Positions 22,883 through 33,875 of a DNA stretch of 39,018 nucleotides are shown piece by piece (positions within the stretch are counted from its first letter, which is position 1; every line of letters starts with the position of its first letter). A program made the translations under genes and the position numbers. The notes below the pieces were generated by a model. The model was given only the letters and a program-made list of their open reading frames with translations. It searched no databases and had not been told where the DNA came from. The DNA comes from Psammoneis japonica (lineage: Eukaryota), in the NCBI GenBank assembly GCA_008632985.1, contig QPGO01000363.1:1-39018 (forward strand), read 5' to 3'.

Positions 22883-24464
22883 ACAGACAAACCCAATTCT
22901 GTTGGTTCATCAGCAACTCTTTGTCATGTCCTTTCTCAACCTCACTTGCCGCTGGAAGTTGCGCTTCCTCCCTCCGTCACTCCTGTGAGAACCGTGTCCT
23001 CCATCTTTTTTGCCTTCCCAGTGGCCTCCTCTCATTTGGAACTTCCGTCCTTTCCTGTCACTTTGTGAAAGGCAAGCCAAGAAATGAGTGCACTTTGCAT
23101 GTGATTTTCTCGGTTTTGTCGTTGCTCGCATGTCCTCTCTCGATTCAAACAGGTCTTTGCATCATTTTTGAGTGCTCATTCCCAACCCCATGTTTGAATT
23201 TCTGTCAACGTTCCACTGTTTTGAATTGTGCACCTTTGTCAGCCAATCCAATGCACCAATGAAGATTGCAACATCATTCAAATCAATGTCAAACAATGTG
23301 TTGTGTCTCCTCACATTGATGCGTGCATTGCGCCTGCTTCCTGATGCAACATCTGTTTCATTTGGTTTGTCAAGTCGTGTCAAACCTCCCATTTGTTTGT
23401 GCAAATCCATGTCGCTCATTGTCTCATGTCAATTTGTCCCTGTCTTGGTGGGTCATTCTCTCCACTTCCCTGACACCACATCTCTCCAATTGCTCTCTCT
23501 GTCACCCAAATTGTCCAATCCACTTTCAATGGCTGCCAAAGAGGGGTGTCATTGTCACTGAGATGTGGTTGTTGTGAGTCGTTCCCGTCACAGGAACGTG
23601 GGTTCCTTCTGTTGCAATCACATGCCGCCAATTGATGATCAAATTGGTCGTTTTGCTGGTGGTGGTGTGGTGGAATCACATGGTGGTGCGGCAAGCTTTG
23701 CCTTCTTTGCCAAGGTTGTTTGTAACCCCACTCTCCTTGCGGCCCAAATTCGAAGCCCTTTTAATTTCTTCGACGTTGGTGGTGGTGTTGGCGGTTTTGC
23801 AATTGCCTGTCGTTTGCTTGTTCCTGCCTGCAATGCCTGCAGCATCGAGTTCCACCGCCCCCATCATGATTTGGGCTCTCAGTGATGTGATGCCATCTGG
23901 CATGACCACACCAGTCGCTGTCCTGCCCTGATCAATCAGGACTTCCTCTCTGAAGATGATGCTGTGCATCGGTTGCACCGTCTGAACAACTTAAAGATTT
24001 TCTTCAACAACTGCAATGGGCGAATGCTTTTTGACAACAATGCGACACAGAACCAACTCGAGGAGACACTGTCCAACGAGTGTCCTGAAGGTGCCATCGT
24101 TGTTTCACTGGACATGATGTTTTGTGTGCACACCCACAAATGGAGGCATGAAGCATTCTTTGTTCCTGCCTGTCCAGACGATCTGTCATGGGGAGGTGGT
24201 GTCGACAGGCACCTGCTTCACAAGCACACCAAGAAAAGAGACGATGCCGTGGAGCCAAGGCATTCCACCAGGAATGACCCAGGGTCTGTCATCAAACAAA
24301 AATTCAAGCCTGCCAAAAGTGGGTGACTTTTCAATTCCCCTTTGTTCACAATGCAACTTTCTTCTGTGTGAGCAATGCATTGTTGATTGGCCCTTTGCAC
24401 AAACCCACTTTTTGCCTGCACCAACTTGCTGCTTCGCTGGTTTCGCATTCCAACAACTGCTTGT

Positions 24465-25100
24465 TCACATGCTTGCCATGTCAAAATTGTGGACTGGACA
24501 TGCCATGTTCCTTCGATCCAAATTTGTTTTGTCAGGCAAAGCTCGGTGCAACATTCTTGCATCAAAAACAAATGCAGTGCCTGCTTCTCCAACCAGCAAT
24601 TGCCCCTCCAAACCCAGCCTGACCAGCTGTCTTTCGCGTTCCTTCTCATTCAATGTCACCTCACAACCATCCGGCCATGTCTCAACTGCACCATTGTGAT
24701 CCGTTGTGTCATCGAGGAACAGAAACATGGTGAAAATTTTGTTGCCAGGCAACAATTTTGTTTCCATGAAATCATGATGAATTTCCCCCTTTGACCAGAA
24801 GTTTGATCTTGAACTTGAAGCAGGAGCATTTGCTGCTGTGTGCCGGGACATCTTTCTGCAAAATCACCTGCCAGGGGAAAGCCAGGAATCAACTCCAACA
24901 TTTTTTCTGCCAACTCAACACCTTCCGCCTTGTCCTTTTTGTCAATGGCAAACTCACCCACAAAGCGGTGTCCTTCCTTCTCTCGCTTGCCACTTGGTGC
25001 CTTGTTTGCCAGCGTTGTTGTCTGGTTGAGCAGGGGTTGTGGTGATTTGAATTTTTGCAAGCAGCCTTTTTTTCCTTCCTGGTGCACTCTTTCTTTGGAC
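24465..25100 (-). pseudogene. 2-oxoglutarate/Fe(II) dioxygenase (PhyH-like), frameshifted and TA-erased
   Basis: GEIHHD (HxD)...FTMFLFLDDTTDHNGAVETWPDG...LVGEAGTAFVFDARMLHRALPDKTNLDR (distal His, then Arg). This is the canonical PhyH-family DSBH motif order. Confidence 0.7.
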
Positions 25101-25659
25101 CCAGCTGTCTCACTCTTTACGACATGAGATTTCATCTCGCCCAGTTGTGCCAGCAACTTGCCATGTTTCTGACATGACGTTGTCAGCCAACGGGCAAATT
25201 TCCAGCACCCGCCAACAGAACACTTCCACGCCATTCTCTGAAAATGCCTGTTCCACCAAATCAAATGGTGCCTGGTCTTTTTTTTTAAGTGGAACAGACC
25301 CAATTCAGCGAAAGTCTGCATCCATCACTGTGCAACGAAAACGGCTTTCTTGCTGAACATGTGTTGCCAATGGCAGTCCATCTGTCGGGTGCACCACAGA
25401 TGCTTTTTTCATAAATGGTCCCATGTGACATGATCTTCATTGATCCTGTTTGCTGCATGATCTCATCAAATGGGTCATCCTGGCCATCTCAAAAGCGTGG
25501 AAAACAATTTTGTTGCACACTGTCTTGCCAGTGTTGTTGTGAGACATTTTCATGTCGCCACCGCGGCAGACACAAAGGAACAGCTGCCATCCACCATTCA
25601 TTCCGCACCACAAACAAACTCTTTTGGAAGAATGTGTGTGATGAACAATTGCAAATGAC

Positions 25660-25860
25660 AGGTGTCACTTTTTTGTCAACACACCCATCTGTCAACAGAG
25701 CAATTTGGCATCACTTTTTCATTGTTGCAACCATGTGTCGACAAAGTAATTTGGTGTCACTTTTCTGTTGTTGCACACACATGTCAACAGAAGAATTTGG
25801 TGTCAGTTTTTTGTCAATGCGTGCATCTGTTAACACACACCTTTGGCATCACTTTTTTGT
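25660..25860. repeat. Degenerate ~44-bp tandem array (tgtc.ac.a...aatttgg(CA/TG)tcactttt)
   Basis: About five units contain ggtgtcactttt or ttggcatcactttt and tgtcaacag/tgtcgacaa at roughly 43-46 bp spacing. Confidence 0.75.
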
Positions 25861-25879
25861 TCACACACTTGACACCAGC

Positions 25880-27005
25880 CTGCACATTGTCATGACATTG
25901 AGCACATCTCCCGCAGCAAACCACACTCTCCCGAATCTTGTCCAAGTCGCTGATCAACTCATGTTGAGCAGCGAACAGATGACGTTTGGGCAACTCCATC
26001 TCTTGTCCTCCGCAGCCTTGTCATTCTCTGCTGGGTGAGTGGACTGGAGGCACATTGAAATCCTCATCGGGTGCGATGTCACGCGGCGGGCCAAGAGGGT
26101 TGTGTTGATCGAGGGAGGAAACAGGCTCTTCTGTCAGAAGGGAAATTGAAGGGGACCCACAACTGCCATCGCAACGGCGGCTCCAATGAACTCAGGAACT
26201 TCTGCAGGACTGTCCTCTCCAAAGGCAGACACACCATCATCTGCAAACAAAACAAATCGGCAGGCGTTTTGGGAGGCTGCACTGGCGGCAGCAACGTTGG
26301 CGGCTGAGCGCAATTGACCAGAGCATCTGACGGAGGGTGGGCACAGCCCATTTCCAGCAGAGGGAGGACAAGCTGGAGAAGAGCTGTCCGTTGGTGTGGG
26401 AGGAGATGGAGCTGGATTCCAAAGGACTTTGGGGAGGGGAGGAGGGGGTTCATCGTCAGAGAAACCAAACCAAGCAGGATCATCATGGTCATCCAGTGAT
26501 TCATCATGGTCGTCCAGTGATTCATTGTCTGGAGGGGGAAGTGCATTGGCGGCAGCAGAAGATGCGGCATGCAGGCGAAGGGACATTTCCTCCTTTTCAT
26601 GGCAGGGCAAGCACTTCTGTAGATGAAGGGTGATGTTGGAAAAGGGGACATGGCAATGGGGGCATTTGGGTTTGTTGGTGTTGGATCCAAGGGAGCCAAC
26701 GGAGGCGGAATCCAGAGGATGAGAGGAAAGAGATGTTCCGCCGGATGAAGAAGACAATTGGGCTGTGCGGCGCAACTGTGTCAATGGGGGATGGAGACCA
26801 GATGCTGCAGTGCAGTGCCAAGATGGGTGATGTTGCACATTGTTTTTGGAGTCAAATCCCCATGTTGTCCACAATGAGGACAACCAAAAGACTTGGTGAA
26901 AATGGCGGAACGGAGGCAGTTAGTTGCGATGTGCCTGCTGAGACCACGTTCGGAAAAGAAACCAGTTTGTTTGCACCATGGACAAACAAGACCATCAGAC
27001 GACAT
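25880..27005 (-). mobile_element. N-terminus of a probable Plavaka (CACTA-like) transposase: C2H2-type zinc fingers plus acidic linker, truncated before the catalytic core
   Basis: MSSDGLVCPWCKQTGFFSERGLSRHIATNC..GCPHC..; KCPHCHVPFSNITLHLQKCLPC; acidic DNESLDDHDESLDDHDD; then ELPKRHLFAAQHELISDLDKIR. This architecture is recalled from diatom Plavaka-type transposases. No catalytic domain is present, so the family call is inference. Confidence 0.4.
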
Positions 27006-27776
27006 GGCCGATGTGCAGAGACAAAGGAGTTGAGAAGAGAATCGAAAGGAAACAGCGTGTGCAGCAACAATCACTTGGGGACATGGTGAGGGCAGAAACA
27101 TGGAGAAACAACATGCAATCGACATGGAAGGCATCAAAGGATGGAATGGGCAGGGAGAGAAAATTGAGAAGACAATTTTGAATCTACATTGACGGACACA
27201 GGCGGCGATTTTGATCCAGAAAGTTGACCAACACACAATCCAGAAACCAAAACAGAACCAAATGTGCACACAAGGCTTGTCGGATGGGGGGGGCAAACAG
27301 TTAAATTGAGGAAAACAGATGTTTGTTGTTGAACATTTCAGAAAAGCTGACTTGACAAATCAGCACGATCTTGGATCAAAGGGAGTCAATGTCGGGTTTT
27401 GTTTCAAGAAATCTTGATGGCCAGTGCGACACCTGGATTGTTGGTGTCCCAGATGATTTCTGGTTTTGTTCACTGCACACAAAAAACTGGCAATGCCCAA
27501 AGCCACCAATGTCCCAAATGTTTTTGCTGGTGCAAGCCAGCAGTTGAAACTTTCAATTTGCCAGCAATGGCCATGTTGCAGGCAATCTTGCAGGCTGTGT
27601 TGTGTTGGGGGTTGGTTGGCAGCAACTCCAAGCTTCTTCAACAAAAACCACACAGGAAAGCAAACTCACAAAGGCACATTTTTGTGAAGTTTGCTCATTG
27701 ATGATGTGTGTGTGTTCAAGCAGCACAGAGCAATGGGAGGCAAGCATCGTGATGTGTGCACTTTGCAGCCCTGAGT

Positions 27777-28162
27777 TTGGCCCCCCATCATGTCATTCCC
27801 TCACTTTGTCAGAGCATCTTTGCCAGTGAGTTGTGCGCCAATGTTCCCATCTTCAATTCTTTGCTGGGGCACAACCCAGCAGGATGCACCACAAACAGAT
27901 GGCAGGCAGCAAGGGCACAGCAACTCACCACACTCACCACCCCATCATTTTCAATTGACCACATTCTGCTGATGGTTGGGGAGGGGTTGGTCCCCCACCA
28001 TGTGTTGTTCCTTCACTTTGTCAGAGAATCTTTGCCAGTGAGTCGTGCACAATGTGGGTCCCCATTTCAATTCTTTGCTGGGAAACAGGGTGCACCACAA
28101 ACAGACTGCAGGCAGCAAGGGCACACAGCAACTCACCAACCCATCATTTTCAATTGACCACA
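27777..28162. repeat. Tandem duplication of a ~200-bp unit
   Basis: 27777-27963 and 27987-28162 share ttgg.cccc...tcactttgtcagag.atctttgccagtgag...caattctttgctggg...gcaccacaaacaga..gcaggcagcaagggcac...ccatcattttcaattgaccaca. Confidence 0.9.
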
Positions 28163-30089
28163 CAATGTGCACCCACATTCTGCCAACAGTTGGGCAGACA
28201 TTGGGGTGTGCAACAACATTTGGCCTGCAGATTCCTGTGCACAAGCTCTGCAGCAAAATTGTTTGGCAGCTAAAATGTGGATGATTGCCAACAGAAAAAG
28301 AGGCAATTTCAGCCAATGTTCTTCACAAAACACCTGTCTTCCAGCATGGAATCCTCTCCTCTGCCACCTGCTGCCTTGCTTTGTTCTTTCTTGCCTTCAA
28401 CTCACAAATCACAAAGCATGGCAATGTGTGTGCTGGCCCTCTTCCTGCTCTCCATGTCACTCTCAGGTCCCAGCCATTCAGTTTTCCACTGCAGTTTCCA
28501 AAACAAGTCTTGATGACAAACCAGGTCTTCTTGAGTCAAGCAACATGCTCCATCAGCCAACAAACAGTCAAAGTCAAAGGGTCGCTCTGGCAGCAGCAAA
28601 GTTGCTGAGTCTCATTGAGCAAAGCAAGGCCAGAAGGAATCCCACCATGGCACAGTCGTGCTTCAAGAATGCCATTCGCCACCACATGTCGTGTTTGGCT
28701 TGTTGCAAGTCACGCTGGATGGATTTGATCTGGGCCACGCACTCGTTTTTCAACAAACTCAACGAGCATCAACGACAAGGACAACTGCTCAAGCTTGACG
28801 AGAAGAAGCATTTCGAGTTCAGAGTTGATCTTGAGCTTCATGCCCAAGGGCTTCAACCAGGAGAACTGCTTCTCAGTTCAAAAAACATTCTCCTGAAACA
28901 ACGCGAGGAGTTAAAAGGAAGGAGTGTCAGCAGCAGGATTGGCATCAATGCAAACAAGTTCTTTGACATTTAATGTGCAGCACTGAAGAACACATGGTCC
29001 TCTTCTGCCTGCACTTGCCTTGTCACTGCTGTGTTGACTGCGGTGGCGTTTTAGTCTCTCGGCAATTGTGCCCTTTGCTCATCATCTGCTGCTGATCGTT
29101 GCATTGTTTCGGGTTGATTGATGAGTGATGCGTGATGCCTGATTTTCAGTCGGCAAAAAAATTGTCTCAAACATTCATTTTGTGTGTGTTTTTATGATGG
29201 GGTCTTTCAGTGCAAAGTTGGAGCCATGGAAGAATCAAAGGATCATTGTCAGCAATGGTGGGCAGGTCCAGAGCACTGTGAAAAATTTTGATGCACAATG
29301 ACAGCTCTGACATGTGAGAAGAAAGAGGCTGGATGGTGGAAGGCATTGAGATTTGATGGTCTTCTTTCACATCTGCCTTGCTTCTGTTGGCCCTGTTCGT
29401 CCAATGCCAAAAGAAGGAATGGCGGCATTGTGTGTTCAAAAGCAATGATGATGGCCAAGCAAAACAAATCCAAGTGTGAAGTTCCTTGACAAAAAACAGA
29501 GCAGTGGCTGCATCCACATGTGCTGTGCAAGCTGTGTGCAAGCAACAATGAAGTGCAAACAAAATGTTGCTTGCACAGTGGGATTGATGAGATTTTGCAG
29601 TCTGCCGTCATCCATCCAAATGCTGCGGCCATCTTGTGTTCTGTCAGCCCAAGCTTGAGGCTGGGTTGAAGAATTGTTGGAAATCCAGTTGAAGCTGCAC
29701 GTGATCAAATGGGCAGTTCTTCCACTTGTCCAGTCTTCTGAGTGCTTCCAGGATTTTGAGGTCAAGTTTTGATGTTGTGCAAGGCAGAATTTCTGTGTTG
29801 GGCAACAACAAGTCCTTCATGCTGCTGCAGCATTTCTCTTCTTTCTGCAACAAGTCTTTTGCATGGAGAGGAGTGAGCGAGCTGGAAGGGGAGTGTTGAC
29901 GTTGAAGCAAGGCAATGAATGAAACTGTGCCACATGTTTTGCAAAGGGAGCATTATAAATGAATGAACAGTGTGGTGGTTCGGATTTGACACTGATGGTC
30001 TTTGAAAGATTCGAGGGATTTGTGAAACACCACAGATCGTGACTTTCAAAACGTGAGCATTGTGGTGAGGTCATTCCAACCGACTACGA

Positions 30090-30343
30090 GGCAATTGACA
30101 ATTTGGACCATTGTGACATGGGAGACGGAACCCACAATGCAAGCGTACAAGGAGGCGCTTGCGATTCGAACCATGGTTTATAGTCGAAACAACGAAAAGT
30201 TGGCTGCCGTACTTCAACACATGGGAACCACGGAGTTTCGATCGGGTGACTTTGACAGCGCAAAACGCTGTTTGGAAGAATTTGTACGTATCCGCCGTGA
30301 GAATCAAGCCGAAAAGGACGTAGCTACACAGCTAGTAGTCTAA
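30090..30343 (+). pseudogene. TPR fragment, less-mutated paralog of 8430-8640
   Basis: QAYKEALAIRTMVYSRNNEKLAAVLQHMG compares with QEACKEALTIRTMVCGRNDDKVAAVLQHMG. Confidence 0.85.
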
Positions 30344-30621
30344 GAACATCGCTATTCTTCTCCCATAACCCTCAAGTTTCGTGGAAAGCCATGCCAGAAC
30401 TGCAAATATGATTTGTAATCACATCCAATTATCAGATACATAAAACGTTGACTAGTGACTACCCCATTTAGTCTAAAAAAATGTTATCCCGCACAAACTT
30501 CTCTAACACATGTATTGTCAACGTCAGCAGACAGAAGTCTATGACTAAGAGTCTTCCTATATTTCATCAGCGTCTTGTCAATCTCGGTAATACAGAAGTG
30601 CGCGCTGTCTTTGGTCTCCAC

Positions 30622-33240
30622 TCAGTTTAGAGGCTGCTGTTCTGCTGCCTTCATGGAGACTTGGACACCGACATGATCTCCGCCGGTTTTCATCGACAGG
30701 AAGTTGGTAATCTTGCCATCCACTTGGATGGGCGAAACGGTGCTCCCCACCGTTACCAAGCCAAAGTTGCCATCACTCTCTTCTACCATTGCATACTGCG
30801 CCGTGTCAGCTAAGGCAAGCTCTTGAAAGTTGCCGTCTCGATTGATCGAATTTTCCCAATCTTTCCCGAAACAAGCGAGGCGGCCTGCCTTATCAATAGC
30901 GAATGACCGATTCCCTGTTGAGAAGATAGCTGTCACGTTTCGATCCATCAGACCACGAACAACTCTTAAAACGCCCGATGAGCCACCTCCATGTCCAAGC
31001 TGGAAATGGCTGTTACTACCAGCGACGTACGCCCGACCTTCAGGCTTGGCATTGTAGAGGGCGTGTACGACACAATGATTGTGCCCGCATGATACACCAG
31101 CTCCTCCTGTCCATTTTCGTGGCAATACAAGACGCCCTTTGTTGATATCGCACTTCAACGGGCCCTCTTGGTCGCTGTATAGGGCTGCAAAAGGTACATC
31201 ATGAGAGGGAGGGATAAAGAAGAAACGAATCAAAGTGTCGAGGCAAGCGCACTTACGGATGCAAAATAGTTCTTCCGTCACAAGGAGCTTGACAAGGACA
31301 AACAATCCACCAACATACACATGCCCAATGCTTTTACCATAATTTTCGCCCAGGCTACTCGCTACAATTTCATGCCAACTATCAACCACCTCGCCGCCTC
31401 GCACTAGATCCAACATGCCATTTTGATATAGCACAACCAAGTAATCCTCGCCTGGAAAGAGACGATCAATCATGCTATCAGCCTTGAGTCCTTTGATTTC
31501 CAAGAGCTTGGTTTGTTGATCCCCAGTCTGGCACTTGATCCTGCGCTGCATGTCTCGTTGATCACGTTCCAGAGTGAAAGTGTGGGATCCATGGGCAGCA
31601 ATCAAAATGATGCGCCAGCCTTCGCCACTGTGAACAAGCTTCTTGCTGATCCCTTGTCCAGTGCCCCTGGCTTCTTCCTCTCGCTTCAAGAACGGATAGG
31701 CCGCAACTGTGCCATTCTTTAGCAAAAAGGATGCCCGATGCCGACTCATACTCCACTGCTGTACTTCGTTCTGCCATCCAGTAGAATCACCCAAAGTGTA
31801 TGACGTTCCATCCGGGGATGCAATGATGAACCGCGTAACACTACCAGGAGGTGTGCGCAGTCGGCGCTTCGCGACTTTCTTGCCTGTGCTATACGACAAG
31901 GCTTTCGTTGCCGAGCTGTTTGCTTTCGCCGCTGCACTTCTGGGGGCACGGGGAGGTAGTCCAGTTGATCGCTTACTGGAAGCACTCTTTTTGGAAGATG
32001 AATGAACCATTGGAGTGTCGTACAATCGTTGCTCCTTCCCAGCTACTGGTGTGACTGTATCTTTTTCGCGAAGGCGCTTTTTGGCTGTGGTGGCAATAGG
32101 GGCGGCATACGGCTTATCGACAATCGAGGCATCAATACCATCAATGGGTGGCGTTGGTGTCTTGGCCGACTCAGCAATCGGGGTTGTTTGTTTCTTGGTA
32201 ACATTTGAGGCATCAAAGCCTGTCAGTTCCTTGCTGGAATCAATCATCACGGCTGGCTTGCCCTGGGAAGCAGTTGTGGTGTCGTATGCTGCTGCAGGCG
32301 TGGGGATACCAAGGAGCGAATTTGGAGCCGTCGGTGAAACAAATTGATGACGTGTTGGCCCCCCCTTGCGTTCAACAAATTCACTACTGTCGCCATCCAT
32401 TGCAGTATCTGGTGCGTAGCCATCAGCGCTATCCATCGTCAACGGCGTAGTATCAACGCTACTAGTCAACATTCCGACGACCTGCTTGAGAGACTCCATG
32501 TTCCGCTCCTTGTGTTGGTCGTTGATCTTTTGGATACCTTTTTGATTGCCGCTGATGCAGGTTTCCAACGCATGGTTATTCTTGTCCTGCGTGTCCTTGC
32601 GTGCTTCATCATTTGCGGATAACAACGCAGCGGCAAGAGTGTTGGTTTGTTGCGTATTATTTACCATCATTTTTTCCATCATGAGCTCAAACAAATGTTC
32701 ATTCCGATGGCGTTGGGGTGTCTCTCCGGTGCCGGTAGTCTCAAACGACAACATGCGTACCGGCATTGGTGAACCGGCTGGACTCGGCGTCACGCCCCGG
32801 CCACGCGGGGTGCGCACGAATTGGATGGGCGAGGCCTGTCCGTGCACAGGCGAAGGCAAGGTCTGTCTGTCTACACCAGCATTGGGCGAAGGCATGGCGG
32901 CTTGTCCCTGAGCTTGTTGGTTTTGGCGTTGAAGAATGATTTTTTTTTTGAGACGCGTGCGCTGGTTTATAACTCGTTTGCGTTCCACCTCGTATTGGTC
33001 TTTGATGGCTTTCTTTTCCTGCTCTGACATGTTCACTAGCTCTTCCTCCGATGGATGCGCCGGAGGAAGAGGGAGCTGCTTGTTGACCTCGGCAGCGACT
33101 GAATCACGAAAGGCCCTCTCCATTGGACTTCGATGGGCCTTTCGATCACGATACAATTGACTCCGTTCAGCAGTTGTAAGACTCGATTGACTCGAGACAG
33201 CCGAGGAACCCGAGTCGCTGTCGTACATTGCAGCGTGCAT
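30622..33240 (-). CDS. 872-aa protein with a basic/coiled N-terminus, a long S/T/P-rich disordered linker and C-terminal RCC1/BLIP-II-like repeats
   Basis: Uninterrupted ORF with normal composition. GVSCGHNHCVV...GRAYVAGSNSHFQLGHG...VRGLMDRNVTAIFSTGNRSFAIDKAGRLACFG and IILIAAHGSHTFTL match the RCC1 repeat consensus (xxCGxxH...G.VY.WG.N..GQLG). Confidence 0.8.
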   Translation of the reverse strand: MHAAMYDSDSGSSAVSSQSSLTTAERSQLYRDRKAHRSPMERAFRDSVAAEVNKQLPLPPAHPSEEELVNMSEQEKKAIKDQYEVERKRVINQRTRLKKKIILQRQNQQAQGQAAMPSPNAGVDRQTLPSPVHGQASPIQFVRTPRGRGVTPSPAGSPMPVRMLSFETTGTGETPQRHRNEHLFELMMEKMMVNNTQQTNTLAAALLSANDEARKDTQDKNNHALETCISGNQKGIQKINDQHKERNMESLKQVVGMLTSSVDTTPLTMDSADGYAPDTAMDGDSSEFVERKGGPTRHQFVSPTAPNSLLGIPTPAAAYDTTTASQGKPAVMIDSSKELTGFDASNVTKKQTTPIAESAKTPTPPIDGIDASIVDKPYAAPIATTAKKRLREKDTVTPVAGKEQRLYDTPMVHSSSKKSASSKRSTGLPPRAPRSAAAKANSSATKALSYSTGKKVAKRRLRTPPGSVTRFIIASPDGTSYTLGDSTGWQNEVQQWSMSRHRASFLLKNGTVAAYPFLKREEEARGTGQGISKKLVHSGEGWRIILIAAHGSHTFTLERDQRDMQRRIKCQTGDQQTKLLEIKGLKADSMIDRLFPGEDYLVVLYQNGMLDLVRGGEVVDSWHEIVASSLGENYGKSIGHVYVGGLFVLVKLLVTEELFCIRKCACLDTLIRFFFIPPSHDVPFAALYSDQEGPLKCDINKGRLVLPRKWTGGAGVSCGHNHCVVHALYNAKPEGRAYVAGSNSHFQLGHGGGSSGVLRVVRGLMDRNVTAIFSTGNRSFAIDKAGRLACFGKDWENSINRDGNFQELALADTAQYAMVEESDGNFGLVTVGSTVSPIQVDGKITNFLSMKTGGDHVGVQVSMKAAEQQPLN

Positions 33241-33429
33241 GATTTGATAAAAGAGCGGCGGAGCGATTTGTTGTTGTTGTTGTTCGTGTTGCTGGACGCG
33301 GCGGGCGGGGGATTGTGCGACGGTTGATGGTTTGAACCATATGCGTAGATTCTACGCAGAAAATGTACTAAAAAAACGATGCATTCTCACTCGCAAAACT
33401 TAATGCTGTATGCGTTCTGTATAAATAAA

Positions 33430-33580
33430 TTGCGATGTTTTCGTCACGCGAAATTAATGAATGTGTCCGGTCTTTAATAACACATTGCGATGTTTTCGTC
33501 ACGAAAAACGATGTTTTCGTCACGCGATAATCAATGAATGTATTCGTGCTTTAAGTACACATTGCGATGTTTTCGTCACG
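33430..33580. repeat. Four copies of (TTG)CGATGTTTTCGTCACG upstream of the RCC1-repeat gene
   Basis: Copies at 33430, 33485, 33509 and 33562. Confidence 0.95.
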
Positions 33581-33875
33581 GATTCAATATATTCAGTTTG
33601 TATACTACGAAATGCTATTGGCTTTCGCGCGATCCGTGGGATTCAGCGCGGCGAGACTTTGCGTGTGCTTTGGAGATGACGCTGCGCCGACCCATACTCG
33701 GCCTTGTTTGAGCTATTCTTCATCGTTTTCGTTCATTGAAGACACGGATATTACTTTTAGAAGGTCTTAGTAATAGGTAAGGTCCTTGGTTTGGCGAGAA
33801 ACGGTGTTGTGGTTGTGTAGAAATCGAAAGATGGGTCTTTTTGATTTTGTCGGCCATTTCTGAGCGTCAAAGCCT

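Larger units (their letters stand above)
21500..30050. other. TpA-erased (hypermutated) domain
   Basis: TA is very rare throughout, and the residual TAs are mostly in TAAA/TTTA/TAGA/TCTA. Confidence 0.9.

Noticed and set aside
24000..24400. Possible SET-domain remnant downstream of the dioxygenase (GIEKSPTFG...)
   Set aside because: The resemblance is faint and spread across broken frames, and the NHS/ELxFDY motifs are not discernible. It needs consensus reconstruction and an HMM search.
11575..30050. Alternative genetic code or foreign (viral/horizontal) origin as the cause of the odd composition
   Set aside because: TA loss is frame- and strand-independent, affects non-coding repeats, and is seen as point changes relative to an intact in-window paralog.
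11575..30050. Classical fungal RIP or simple methyl-CpG decay as the sole explanation
   Set aside because: RIP creates TpA, and CpG decay does not remove it. Here TpA is the depleted dinucleotide, and some blocks retain CpG.
28540..30050. Coding-like remnant (ALAAAKLLSLIEQSKARRNP...NKFFDI) and following sequence
   Set aside because: Probably a mutated gene, but no family could be assigned from the sequence alone.
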